From Gemmatimonadota bacterium (GTDB taxonomy: Bacteria > Gemmatimonadota > Gemmatimonadetes > Gemmatimonadales > GWC2-71-9), in contig JBDHAF010000001.1 of NCBI GenBank assembly GCA_039588255.1, forward strand, positions 25,488 through 89,487: DNA of 64,000 nucleotides, read 5' to 3'. Of this stretch, positions 1-9,748 are shown piece after piece (position 1 is the stretch's first letter; every line of letters begins with the position of its first letter). The position numbers and the translations under genes are program-made. A model generated the notes under the pieces. That model worked only from the letters and a program-made list of their open reading frames with translations, searched no databases and had not been told where the DNA came from.

Positions 1-725
1 GCTACTCGTTGATTGCGGTTCGGCCGTTCACCGCCACGGTCGGGGATCGATCGGCCCATTTCCTCTCGTGGATGGACGGTGCGGCGTTCGCCGATTGGGC
101 GGGGCTGCGACCCCTCACGGAGCTGGAATTCGAGAAAGCGGCACGGGGTTCCGTCGGACCGTCGGCCGGAGAATACGCCTGGGGTACCGACGACATTCAC
201 GTTGGCCGCTACGCCGTCAGAGACGCCGGGGCACCACACGAGCGCGTGAACAATCCCGGACCTACCGGAAACGCGGTGTACGCCGGCACGACAGGTGGAG
301 CGGTGTGGTGCTGGTCCTGTCTCCGCGGGCCCCTCCGGGCTGGTGCGTTCCGGCGCGAGGGGGCCACTCGAACGGAGACCGGCGGGTCCTACTACGGCGT
401 GTTCGACCTGAGCGGGAATCTTGTGGAGCGCACGGTCACAATCGGAAACGCCGCCGGTCGCCGCTTCGACGGCGCCCATGGAGACGGCAACCTCAACGCC
501 AGGGGGAGCGCGGCCGGGCCGGAGGTCTCGCGCTGGCCGGGATCGAGCAACACGGGCACGCGGTCACAGATCATCGGGGCCGTGGGAACCGGACTCCGCG
601 GCGGCCACTGGGCGAGCCCGGCCCGCAACCTGCGCATCTCAGACCGAGAATTCGGGGCCACCCCGGACAATTCCCGCCAACCGACCTTCGGATACCGCTT
701 CGCCCGGACAGGGTCTCGTCAGTAA
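1..725 (+). CDS. SUMF1/formylglycine-generating-enzyme-like (FGE-sulfatase) domain protein, 5' truncated by window edge
   Basis: Motifs GLRPLTELEFEKAARG, YYGVFDLSGNLVE, LRGGHW and GYRFAR; reading frame is open to the window start. Confidence 0.8.
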   Translation, partial: YSLIAVRPFTATVGDRSAHFLSWMDGAAFADWAGLRPLTELEFEKAARGSVGPSAGEYAWGTDDIHVGRYAVRDAGAPHERVNNPGPTGNAVYAGTTGGAVWCWSCLRGPLRAGAFRREGATRTETGGSYYGVFDLSGNLVERTVTIGNAAGRRFDGAHGDGNLNARGSAAGPEVSRWPGSSNTGTRSQIIGAVGTGLRGGHWASPARNLRISDREFGATPDNSRQPTFGYRFARTGSRQ

Positions 726-787
726 CAGCTCAGATCACCGTATCGCGTTCACCGCAGTTAGTCGCGCAGCAAAACCGGGGTTGGTAG

Positions 788-907
788 GGCGAAGCATGGC
801 GGCGCGACCCGTAGCGCGCGTTGGTGAGCGACCAAGCGTTCGGCAGGTGACGGAGGATGTTGTACGCGAACCTCAGCGCGCCGAGGGACGCGTCGTCATG
901 CAAAGCC
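788..907 (-). repeat. ~120 bp imperfect palindromic intergenic element (REP/MITE-like), copy D
   Basis: Reverse complement contains CGTCCCTCGGCGCGCTGAGGTTCGC...CGCTCACCAACGCGCGCTACGGG, matching the copies at 5893-6255 and 29351-29469; lies between convergent genes. Confidence 0.75.
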
Positions 908-911
908 GGCC

Positions 912-2327
912 CTACGATAGGTTCCCAGCTATTTCTTGAATCGTCCGCCATGCCTCTTCGACGTGACGCGATTCGGTGCCGGTCTGTCCTATGACGAAGC
1001 GGATCGCGTACTTGCCATTCATGCGCGTGTGGGTGACGTAGAGCTTGCCGCTGTCGTTCACGGCGTAAAGCAACCGTTCGTTGAGCCCGTCGAGGGTCGC
1101 CTCGTCGGTACCGTCCGGTCGGTAGCGGAAGCACAGCAGGCTCAGCTTGGGTCGCCGCAGGAGCTCGAAGTCGGCGGCGGCGGCTATGTCGTCGGCGAGG
1201 CGCTGCGCCATCTCGATGTGGGACCGAATCAGGTCCTGTAATCCCTCGACCCCGTAATTGCGGATCACGAACCACAACTTGAGGGCCCTGAACCGACGGC
1301 CGAGCTGAATGCCCCAGTCGCGGTAGTTCGTGACCGCCGCGCCCTCTCGAGTCTTGAGGTATTCCGGCAGGATGTCGAATACCCGCACGAACTCTTGCGG
1401 GTCCCGGACGTAGAAGGCGCTGCAGTCGAAGTTGGTGAACATCCACTTGTGGGGATTGAACACGAAGCTGTCGACCAGCTCCACCCCATCGATCATCCAC
1501 CGGGTCTCCGGAAGCACCAGGGCATTCCCCGCCCATGCGGCATCGACGTGAAGCCACACCCCGTGTTTCCGACAGATCTCGCCGATCTCCCGAAGCGGGT
1601 CGAATCCCGAGACGCCTGTCGTTCCCACCGTTGCCGTCACCAACAGGGGCCGGCGTCCGGCTGCGACGTCGGCCGCGATGGCACGATCCAGCTCGTCGGG
1701 ACGCATTCCGAACTCGTCATCCACAGGGATCTTCCGGAGGTTCTCGCGACCGATCCCGGCGATCTTGACGTTCTTCTCGACGGAGGAATGCGCTTCTGCT
1801 GAGCAGTAGACCGTGAGGACCCCAAACCCGCTCAAGCCTCGCTCGTTGACGCGGAACTCGCTGAGTCGCTCCCGGGCGGCCAGGAGCGCGCAGAGGGTGG
1901 CCGTGCTGGCCGTGTCCTGAATGGACCCCACAAACCCGTCCGGCAGACCGATCATCTGGCGCAGCCACTCCATCATCCGGCACTCCAGCTCCGTGGCGGC
2001 CGGGGACGTCTCCCAAATCATGCACTGGGCCGCCAGGGTGGCCGTCACCATCTCGGCCAACACCGAGGGACGGCTGCTGTTGGCCTGGAAGTAGGCGAAA
2101 AAACTGGGGTGTTGCCAATGCGTCATGCCTGGAAGCACAACCGACCGGAAATCAGCCAGGATCTCGTCCATTGACTCGGGGCTGGAGGGCGGGCCGGCGG
2201 GGAGGCGCTGGGCAATCTCCCCAGGCTGCACCTGGGCCTTGACGGGCCGATCCTCGACCCGATCCAGATAATCCGCCATCCAGTCCACGAGATCGTGGCC
2301 ATGGCGGCGGAAATCGGCTGAATTCAT
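912..2327 (-). CDS. PLP-dependent aromatic-L-amino-acid decarboxylase (group II, DDC-like)
   Basis: THWQHP, HVDAAWAG and SFVFNPHKWMFTNFDCS (PLP lysine), LGRRFRALKLW; 471 aa. Confidence 0.92.
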   Translation of the reverse strand: MNSADFRRHGHDLVDWMADYLDRVEDRPVKAQVQPGEIAQRLPAGPPSSPESMDEILADFRSVVLPGMTHWQHPSFFAYFQANSSRPSVLAEMVTATLAAQCMIWETSPAATELECRMMEWLRQMIGLPDGFVGSIQDTASTATLCALLAARERLSEFRVNERGLSGFGVLTVYCSAEAHSSVEKNVKIAGIGRENLRKIPVDDEFGMRPDELDRAIAADVAAGRRPLLVTATVGTTGVSGFDPLREIGEICRKHGVWLHVDAAWAGNALVLPETRWMIDGVELVDSFVFNPHKWMFTNFDCSAFYVRDPQEFVRVFDILPEYLKTREGAAVTNYRDWGIQLGRRFRALKLWFVIRNYGVEGLQDLIRSHIEMAQRLADDIAAAADFELLRRPKLSLLCFRYRPDGTDEATLDGLNERLLYAVNDSGKLYVTHTRMNGKYAIRFVIGQTGTESRHVEEAWRTIQEIAGNLS

Positions 2328-2563
2328 GGGTTTCCGTCCGAATCTGGGAGGTAATTGTAGGATAACAGGCCGAGAGCCCTCGGGAATCGGGTCATTTGAC
2401 CTTGCTCGGGGCCAGATGGGAGCCTTAATCTACGGACAGGGTAGTCATCACCACCTCGGCGTGAACTTTGCAAAGAGCCCCGGGGTTGTACCTTTAGACG
2501 CCGTACCGAACAACTGCTCACCGCGCAGCCGGCAGCCGTGTGGGTGGAACTGGAGACTCGTAC

Positions 2564-4159
2564 ATGAAGCACCGCCGACTCATACTGGTCGCTCTTCTCG
2601 GATTCATTGGCTTTGTCTCGGGAGGGTGGTTTTTCCAGGGCTCCGACAGCCAGGCCAACAGCGCTCGCCAGCGGGCCCGGGTCTTCGAATCCGTCCTGAG
2701 GTATGTCGCCGAGTACTACGTCGACTCCATCGACGCGGGCCAGCTCTACGACATGGCCACGGAGGGCATGCTGAGCCAGCTCCAGGATCCCTACACCTCG
2801 TTCCTCCAGCAGACCGGCTACGAGGAACTGAGCATCAGCACCACGGGGGATTACGGCGGTGTCGGCCTCCGGATCGACTCGCGAGACGGTTGGATTCAGG
2901 TGGTGTCCCCCATTGCGGACTCCCCCGGCGAGCGGGCGGGCTTGGTGTCCGGCGATCAGATTGTCGAGGTGGAGAACCAATCCACGAAGGGGTGGAGCAC
3001 CCCCAGGGCCGCCAGCCTGCTGCGAGGTGAGCCCGGAACGGATGTCTCCATCACGGTGCGGCGCGCCGGCTTCGCCGATTCCCTACGATTCACCCTGACC
3101 CGCGGCGAGATTCACGTGAACTCGGTTGAGGGCACGAAGATGTTGGTGCCGGAGGTGGGATACCTGCATTTGACCACGGTGAGCCGCCAGTCGGCCTCCG
3201 AGGTCCAGCAGGTCATCGCCGAGCTCCACTCTCAAGGCGCCGAGGGTGTCATTCTCGACCTGCGGTTCAACCCCGGCGGGATTCTCGAGGAGGGCGCGGC
3301 GTTGGCCGACCTGTTCCTCGATCGGGGCCAGGTCATCGTCGAGACCAGGGGCAGAGCCCGGGGCGCTACGGCAACCTATTCCGCCGAGCAACAGCAGGCG
3401 TGGCCCGACTTGCCGATTGTTGTCCTGGTGAATCAAGCGACGGCCAGTGCCGCAGAGATTCTCGCAGGAGCACTTCAGGATCACGACCGGGCGGCGGTGG
3501 TCGGGTCGCCGACGTTCGGCAAAGGGGTGGCCTACCTCTTGATTCCCATCACCGACAACGAGGCGGTCACCGTCACATCGTCCCGATGGTACACGCCGAG
3601 CGGCCGCTCCATTCAACGGGGCGTCTCCGGGTCACGTGTCCTGGACCAGTTGGCCGGTAACGTGCCCGACTCCATGGAAGTCATAGCCGGGCAGCAGGAG
3701 TTCCGCACCGACGCCGGGCGGCTTCTCGACGCGGGGGACGGGGGAATTCAACCCGACATACTGCTCCCTCGTGACACGCTCACGGAAGGCGAACAGCTCT
3801 TCTTCCAGACCCTGGGCAGTGACCTACCGGCGTACCGCAATGTCCTCACCCGTTACGCGCTCGAGCTCAAGGGCCAGGACGCTGTGACGAGTCCGGACTT
3901 CGAGGTGACCGGGGGTATGCTCTCCACGATCCTCCAGAGTATGCGTGCGGCTGACATCGAGATGCCGGACTCTATCTTCGAGGGCGGCAGTACCTTCATC
4001 GCCGAGCAGTTCGGACTGGAGCTGGCGCGTTACGCGTTCGGCCGCGAAGCGGAGCTGACGCGCTCGGCGAGCATAGACAACCAGATTCATAAGGCGATCG
4101 AGTTACTGCAGCGCGCGCGCTCCACGAAGGAGTTGCTGGAGCTCGCCACGAGGAACTAA
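2564..4159 (+). CDS. S41 family C-terminal processing peptidase with PDZ domain
   Basis: N-terminal signal/TM, LQDPYT, GVG PDZ loop, DLRFNPGG, ASAAEI (Ser) and TFGKG (Lys); ATG 2564 follows GGAG. Confidence 0.92.
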   Translation: MKHRRLILVALLGFIGFVSGGWFFQGSDSQANSARQRARVFESVLRYVAEYYVDSIDAGQLYDMATEGMLSQLQDPYTSFLQQTGYEELSISTTGDYGGVGLRIDSRDGWIQVVSPIADSPGERAGLVSGDQIVEVENQSTKGWSTPRAASLLRGEPGTDVSITVRRAGFADSLRFTLTRGEIHVNSVEGTKMLVPEVGYLHLTTVSRQSASEVQQVIAELHSQGAEGVILDLRFNPGGILEEGAALADLFLDRGQVIVETRGRARGATATYSAEQQQAWPDLPIVVLVNQATASAAEILAGALQDHDRAAVVGSPTFGKGVAYLLIPITDNEAVTVTSSRWYTPSGRSIQRGVSGSRVLDQLAGNVPDSMEVIAGQQEFRTDAGRLLDAGDGGIQPDILLPRDTLTEGEQLFFQTLGSDLPAYRNVLTRYALELKGQDAVTSPDFEVTGGMLSTILQSMRAADIEMPDSIFEGGSTFIAEQFGLELARYAFGREAELTRSASIDNQIHKAIELLQRARSTKELLELATRN

Positions 4160-4186
4160 TCCGTTCCAATCTCGCTCGCGATCGCG

Positions 4187-4220
4187 AAGGACCCCGAGGA
4201 TCTCCCGGGGTCTTTTTCTT
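4187..4220 (+). terminator. Intrinsic terminator after the S41 peptidase gene
   Basis: AAGGACCCCGAGGA-TC-TCCCGGGGTCTT hairpin followed by TTTCTT. Confidence 0.75.
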
Positions 4221-4347
4221 GGGCGTCGATATCCACCTCCTGTAATGAACAGACCGATAATCTCGATCCCAGAGAGGGGGACCGATAGAGGAATGGTTTG
4301 ACAAGGCTCGAATCACCCTTCATTTCTAAGGGGCGACAGGAGAGAGT

Positions 4348-5820
4348 ATGGCCACACCCAAATCAAACGCCGCGACTGAATCCATCCTCAATCACATCGG
4401 TGGAGAGTGGGTGCGTTCTTCGGGTGCGGCTTCCCTGCCGGTGGAAAACCCAGCAACCGGTGAAGTGCTCCACCACGTTCCTCTATCCAACGCAGCAGAC
4501 GCCGACGCCGCCGTGCAGGCGGCGAAGATAGCGTTCCCGAGTTGGCGGGAGACCCCGCCCGTCGAGCGGGCACAGGTCCTGTTCCGCCTGAAGGCGCTCT
4601 TGGACCTGCATCTCGACGACCTCGCGGTGAGTCTCACGCAGGAGCACGGCAAGACCGTGGCCGAGTCGAAGGGCGAGATTCGCCGGGGGATCGAGAACGT
4701 GGAACACGCGTGCGGCGTTCCCACAATGATGTTGGGAACGACGCTCGAGGACGTGGCTCCGGAAGTCGACTGCGAAACGATCCGGCAGCCCCTCGGCGTC
4801 TTCGTGGGGATCACGCCCTTCAACTTCCCCGTCATGATTCCGATGTGGTTCTGGCCCTACGCCGTCGCGACCGGCAACACCTTCGTACTGAAACCGAGCG
4901 AACAAGATCCCCTCACCCATCAGCGGATCGTCGAGCTCGCCACTGAGGCGGGTCTCCCGCCCGGTGTCCTCAATGTGGTCCACGGCGACTGGGGGGCGGC
5001 CGAATTACTCGTCGACCACCCGGAGGTTGCCGGCATTTCCTTCGTCGGCCGGAGCGAGGTCGCCGAGGTCATCTATGCAAAGGCCGCCGCCAAGGGAAAG
5101 CGGGTCCAGGCATTGGGCGGAGCCAAGAACCACATGGTCGTGTTCCCCGACGCCGACCTGGACCGCGTCAGCGAGGCGGTTGTGTCATCCGTGTACGGAT
5201 CGACCGGCCAGCGGTGCTTGGCGGGCAGCGTCATCGTGGGAATCGACGACGCGTATGAGCCGCTCCGCGACCGCGTCGTCGAGCAGGCGTCTGCACTGCG
5301 ATTGGGGAGCGGTCTCGACGAGAACGTCGACATGGGACCGCTGATCTCGGCGAAACACGCCAAGTACGTGCGGAATGTCATCGATTCCGGTGTGGCCGAA
5401 GGTGCGAAGCTCCTGTTAGACGGACGGGACGCCTCGGTGAGCGATTATCCCAACGGCCACTGGGCGGGGCCTACCGTGTTCGATGAGGTCCGGCTGGGCA
5501 TGCGGGTTGGGCGGGACGAGATCTTCGGTCCGGTAGCCGGTTTCGCCAGGGCCAAGGCCCTGGAAGACGCCCTCGCCTTGATCCACGCCAACAGTTACGG
5601 CAATGCGACGTCGGTGTTCACGAGCAGCGGGCGGACGGCGCGGGAGTTCCGCTACCACGCCGGCATCAGCATGATCGGGGTCAACATCGGAGTGGCGGCC
5701 CCGATGGCGTTCTTCCCGTTTGGCGGGTCGCGGGGGTCGTTCTACGGAGACCTCAAGGCTCAGGGGCACGATGCGATCGAGTTCTATACCGACAAGCGGG
5801 TGGTGATTTCGCGGTGGTAA
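4348..5820 (+). CDS. mmsA: CoA-acylating (methyl)malonate-semialdehyde dehydrogenase
   Basis: ITPFNFP, KPSE, KRVQALGGAKNH, GQRCLA (catalytic Cys), EIFGPV, MIGVNIGVAAPMAFFPFGG. Confidence 0.9.
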   Translation: MATPKSNAATESILNHIGGEWVRSSGAASLPVENPATGEVLHHVPLSNAADADAAVQAAKIAFPSWRETPPVERAQVLFRLKALLDLHLDDLAVSLTQEHGKTVAESKGEIRRGIENVEHACGVPTMMLGTTLEDVAPEVDCETIRQPLGVFVGITPFNFPVMIPMWFWPYAVATGNTFVLKPSEQDPLTHQRIVELATEAGLPPGVLNVVHGDWGAAELLVDHPEVAGISFVGRSEVAEVIYAKAAAKGKRVQALGGAKNHMVVFPDADLDRVSEAVVSSVYGSTGQRCLAGSVIVGIDDAYEPLRDRVVEQASALRLGSGLDENVDMGPLISAKHAKYVRNVIDSGVAEGAKLLLDGRDASVSDYPNGHWAGPTVFDEVRLGMRVGRDEIFGPVAGFARAKALEDALALIHANSYGNATSVFTSSGRTAREFRYHAGISMIGVNIGVAAPMAFFPFGGSRGSFYGDLKAQGHDAIEFYTDKRVVISRW

Positions 5821-6255
5821 CCGCCTGGATAGGTGAGCGCCGCCAGCCCATGTGCGCCTCCGCGGCGCGGTTCGTAACCACCTGGTGAGGTGGGCGTTGC
5901 GCGTCCCCAACGTCCCTCCGCCCGCTGCGGTTCGCAGCTTGAAAACCGGGATCCCAACAGGACCACACCGCGAACCAACGCCGCCCGGATAGATGAGCGC
6001 TGCACGCCCCGACGTCCCTCGGCCCGCTGCGGTTCGCACTGCGAAAACCCGGGGTCCCAACAGGGCCACACCGCGAACCAACGCGGGCTACGGGACGTTC
6101 GGGCCACGCAGCGCACTCAGGTTGCGAACTGATTTCGTTTCGGCGCAGCACTGCCGGGTGTCCGACAGCGCACGTTGGTGAGCGGTGGCCCAGGTTGGGA
6201 TGCCGCCATTAGATAGCGAACCGCAGTGCGCGTAAGGACACCCGGTAGGCGAGCC
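5821..6255. repeat. Cluster of the palindromic element: partial copy (5821-5877), direct copies A (~5893-5985) and B (~5994-6119), inverted copy C (6142-6255)
   Basis: ~103 bp tandem duplication with core CGTCCCTC(C/G)GCCCGCTGCGGTTCGC...CGCGAACCAACGC; the reverse complement of 6167-6240 matches the same unit. Confidence 0.85.
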
Positions 6256-6271
6256 GAAGGAGAGCCATAGA

Positions 6272-7588
6272 ATGCCAAGTACGAAGACAGCAATCGACAC
6301 GCAGGCCGTAAAGTCCGGCCACCGGGAGTTTTTATTCCCGTGCGCTCCGCCGCTGTACGACGATCCCCTGGTTCTCGTCGATGGTGACGGCGTCCGGGTC
6401 GTCGACTCCGAAGGCCGCGAGTTCCTCGACTTCTTCAGCGGAATTCTCACCACAGCCGTCGGCCATTGCCACCCCGAGGTAGTCAACCGGGTGCGCGAGC
6501 AGCTCGGCGTCCTGGGTCATACATCGACCCTCTACATGACCGAGAACCAAGTGGAGATGGCCAAGCGGCTCGCCGCCATCGCTCCGGGAGCACTGAACAA
6601 GTCCTTCTTCACGAACAGCGGCACCGAGGCCGTCGAGACGGCGATCATGCTCGCGTGCCTGCACACCGGCCAAAGCGAAGTCATCGCCCTCCGGCACGCC
6701 TACTCGGGCCGCAGCATACTCGCCACCAACGTCACCGCCCACGCGCCGTGGCGACCCCTGCCCAGCTCCCTCCCGGGCATCAAGCACGTCATGTCACCAT
6801 ATCCGTACCGTTGCCCGTTTCGTTCGCCGTGCGACGAGAGCTGTATCGACAAGTTTGGGGACGACCTCGAGGAAGCGATCCGGACCATGACGAGTGGCAA
6901 GCCCGCCGCATTCATGGCCGAGACGATTCAGGGGCTGGGTGGGTACATCGTGCCCCCGCCGGGATACTTCCAGCGAGCCGCCGAGATCATCCGCTCGTAC
7001 GGAGGCGTGTTCATCTGCGACGAAGTCCAGACCGGATTCGGACGCACGGGAGACAGGTGGTTCGGCATCGAGCACTGGAACGTCGTGCCGGACATCATGG
7101 TGATGGCCAAGGGAATCGCTAGTGGATTTCCCGTGGGAGCGACGATCGCCAAGAGCGAGATCGCCGAGAGCTGGACCGCGAAGACCATCTCCACGTTCGG
7201 AGGCAACCCGATCTCGATGGCGGCGGCCATCGCGACCAACGACATCATGGTCAGCGAAGACGTTCCCGCTCGTGCGGCCGTCAGAGGGACGCAGCTCAGG
7301 CAAGGGCTCGAGTCCCTCTACCAGGAGCACGACTGGATCGGCGAGGTCCGTGGCATGGGACTCATGCAGGCCATGGAGCTGGTCGAGGATCGAGGAACCA
7401 AATCGCCCAGCCCGGAGAAGGGAAAGCAGTTGCTGGAGGCGACCAAGGCGGAGGGACTCCTCCTCGGTCTCGGGGGGTTGAACGCCAATGTCATCCGGAT
7501 GGGGCCGTCGCTGCTCATCACCGAAGACGAAGTCGGCGAGGCAGTCGAACGGCTGGGTCGCGCGTGTGCCCGGGTCTCAGCAGCATGA
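6272..7588 (+). CDS. Class III PLP aminotransferase (beta-alanine/omega-amino acid:2-oxoacid or AGXT2-like)
   Basis: FTNSGTEA, ETIQG, DEVQTGFGRTG, PDIMVMAKGI, STFGGNP; AAGGAG RBS. Confidence 0.9.
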   Translation: MPSTKTAIDTQAVKSGHREFLFPCAPPLYDDPLVLVDGDGVRVVDSEGREFLDFFSGILTTAVGHCHPEVVNRVREQLGVLGHTSTLYMTENQVEMAKRLAAIAPGALNKSFFTNSGTEAVETAIMLACLHTGQSEVIALRHAYSGRSILATNVTAHAPWRPLPSSLPGIKHVMSPYPYRCPFRSPCDESCIDKFGDDLEEAIRTMTSGKPAAFMAETIQGLGGYIVPPPGYFQRAAEIIRSYGGVFICDEVQTGFGRTGDRWFGIEHWNVVPDIMVMAKGIASGFPVGATIAKSEIAESWTAKTISTFGGNPISMAAAIATNDIMVSEDVPARAAVRGTQLRQGLESLYQEHDWIGEVRGMGLMQAMELVEDRGTKSPSPEKGKQLLEATKAEGLLLGLGGLNANVIRMGPSLLITEDEVGEAVERLGRACARVSAA

Positions 7589-7728
7589 TACTGGGCCTAC
7601 CCTGGACGACCTGGTTGCTCCTGCTCGTCGCCGTCGGCGCAGGGTTGGCAATCGAGTTGGTCTTCTACCGACAACAGCGCGACCGCATACGTGATCCGCG
7701 GGCCACCGATTACGTAGAACACTCCTAG
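7585..7728 (+). CDS. 47 aa single-TM small protein, probable symporter accessory subunit (not in ORF track)
   Basis: ATG overlaps the upstream stop (ATGA); MILGLPWTTWLLLLVAVGAGLAIELVFYRQQRDRIRDPRATDYVEHS; ends 3 nt before the symporter start. Confidence 0.7.
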   Translation: MILGLPWTTWLLLLVAVGAGLAIELVFYRQQRDRIRDPRATDYVEHS

Positions 7729-7731
7729 CAC

Positions 7732-9198
7732 GTGTCATCTCCGACGATCATCGCCGTTCTCCTGGCGTACGGACTCGTCCTCATCGCCATCGGGTTCTGG
7801 AGTCGCCGCGACTCGCGAAACGTGGCCGGGTACTACGTCGCCGGCAAAAAACTCCCGGCCTGGGTGATCGCCTTCAGCACGAACACCACCGGGGAGAGCG
7901 CCTGGCTCTTGCTGGGCCTGACCGGGATGGGGTACGCCGTGGGGCTCCACGCTTTGTGGATCGTCCTGGGCGAGGTCCTCGGCGTGACCCTGAGCTGGGT
8001 GCTGGTCGCACTCCCGTTCAAGGCGTACACGGATCGCTACGATGCGATCACCGTTCCCGACTACCTGGAGGCACGCTTTCGCGACACGCGGCACGTCTTT
8101 CGCCTGATCAGCCTCGTCATCATCCTCAGCATGGTGACGGCCTACACGGCGGCTCAGTTGACAGCGATCGGCAAGGCGTTCAACGCGTTCCTCGCCACTA
8201 GTTACGGCACCGGCGTGATCATTGGTGCGGCCATCATTCTCTACTACACGTCGGTGGGCGGGTTCAAGGCGGTGGCATATAGTGACCTGCTTCAGGGCGT
8301 ACTCATGTTCCTCGGTTTGCTCGTACTTCCGATCGTGGGCTTCGTCGCCGCCGGCGGCTGGGCGGCAGTCCTCAGCGGTATCTCCTTGGAGAACCCAGCC
8401 CTTCTCACACCCATGGGCGAGTTAGGATTGTCCGTTCCCGGCGTCATCAGCGCGCTCGGGTTCGTCGGCATCGGCTTCGCCTTTCTCGGCGCTCCGCAGC
8501 TGCTCACGCGCTTCATGTCGGCGCGCAACCGCGAGGAGATCGTCAAGGGGAGTCTCATCGCCGTCATCTGCATCATTTTCTTCGATATCGGAGCCGTGTT
8601 TGCCGGACTGGCAGGTCGATCGCTCTTTCCCGGCCTCGCAGACCCGGAAACCATCTTGCCCACTATGAGTGCAGAGCTCTTTCCCCCGATCTTCACCGGC
8701 GTGTTTCTCGTCATCGTCTTGGCGGCCTCGATGTCGACAGTGGACTCCTTGCTGATCCTTGCGTCGTCGGCCGTGGTACGCGATATCATCCAGAAGATCT
8801 TCGAGCCGAACTTGACCGAGATCCGTCTCTCGTTGTTCGGTAAGCTCACCACCGTGGTGATCGGCGCCGTAGCGTTCGTGCTGGCCATCGGGGAGGTGAG
8901 GATGATCTTCTGGTTCGTCCTCTTCGCGTGGTCCGGCCTGGCGTCGGCGTTCACACCGGTGGTGCTGTGTTCGCTCTTCTGGAAGAGAACCTCGCGCGCC
9001 GGAGCGATGGCCGGCATGATCGCCGGATTCCTCGCCGCCGTGATCTGGGTCGTCGCGTTCAAGGAGCGGTTCTTCGACCTGTACGAGATGATTCCGGGGT
9101 TTGTCGTGGGGTTCGCAGTTACGGTTGGCGTCAGTCTGTTGACCGAGCCACCGGAGGGTGCCGAGGAGGAGTTCGACGAGGTGCGAGCTGCGATGTGA
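7732..9198 (+). CDS. Sodium:solute symporter (SSS, PutP-like)
   Basis: About 13 hydrophobic segments, YYVAGKKL, SAWLLLGLTG, YTSVGGFKAVAYSDLLQG, AASMSTVDS. Confidence 0.9.
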   Translation: MSSPTIIAVLLAYGLVLIAIGFWSRRDSRNVAGYYVAGKKLPAWVIAFSTNTTGESAWLLLGLTGMGYAVGLHALWIVLGEVLGVTLSWVLVALPFKAYTDRYDAITVPDYLEARFRDTRHVFRLISLVIILSMVTAYTAAQLTAIGKAFNAFLATSYGTGVIIGAAIILYYTSVGGFKAVAYSDLLQGVLMFLGLLVLPIVGFVAAGGWAAVLSGISLENPALLTPMGELGLSVPGVISALGFVGIGFAFLGAPQLLTRFMSARNREEIVKGSLIAVICIIFFDIGAVFAGLAGRSLFPGLADPETILPTMSAELFPPIFTGVFLVIVLAASMSTVDSLLILASSAVVRDIIQKIFEPNLTEIRLSLFGKLTTVVIGAVAFVLAIGEVRMIFWFVLFAWSGLASAFTPVVLCSLFWKRTSRAGAMAGMIAGFLAAVIWVVAFKERFFDLYEMIPGFVVGFAVTVGVSLLTEPPEGAEEEFDEVRAAM

Positions 9199-9298
9199 CC
9201 TCCGTCTTCATCACACTTTAACCGTTTCTTCACTCCCACGGCATGACAATCCAAAGGGAGTCCTGTCCCGGAAGCCATCAGCCAAGCGGAGATCGATC

Positions 9299-9739
9299 AT
9301 GGCTAAAAAACCCCCGAAGACCGAGCCACCGCAGAGCGCCGAAGACAAGGTCATCGAACAACACCGACGCATTAGAGGCTTGCTGAACCAGCTCGACACG
9401 ACCACCGATCTCCGTTTGATGGTTCCGTTGCTGCAAGAGCTTCGGATACTGTTGGACGAGCACTTCGAGCAAGAGGAAGCCGCCGACGGCTTCCCCCAGA
9501 TGATAGCCGATCCCGCACCACATCACGCCAGGGCCCTCGAAAAATTGTTCGAGGAGCACAGGACCCTCTTGGCAAACTTGGACGATGTGATCGAGAAAGC
9601 CCTGTTCTGTCTCGAAGGGCCGCTTGCCAACGTGCGGCGCGGCGTGACGTCACTCTGCGAGCAGCTCCGTGCCCACGAAGAGACCGAGACGGAACTCCTG
9701 ACCGATACGGTCTACACCGACCTGGGAATTGGTGACTGA
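9299..9739 (+). CDS. Hemerythrin-like domain protein
   Basis: Helical 146 aa with EQH, HFEQEE, EEH and HEETE ligand pattern; GGAG before ATG 9299. Confidence 0.75.
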   Translation: MAKKPPKTEPPQSAEDKVIEQHRRIRGLLNQLDTTTDLRLMVPLLQELRILLDEHFEQEEAADGFPQMIADPAPHHARALEKLFEEHRTLLANLDDVIEKALFCLEGPLANVRRGVTSLCEQLRAHEETETELLTDTVYTDLGIGD

Positions 9740-9748
9740 GCCGGCGCG

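Noticed and set aside
720..907. Integron attC site after the FGE-like gene (TAAC...GTTA)
   Set aside because: Spacing too short, R-box consensus fails, no integrase or cassette array
5821..6255. Repeats with ~33 nt variable cores as a CRISPR array
   Set aside because: Cores of copies A and B are near-duplicates, one copy is inverted, repeats are degenerate and dispersed, and there are no cas genes
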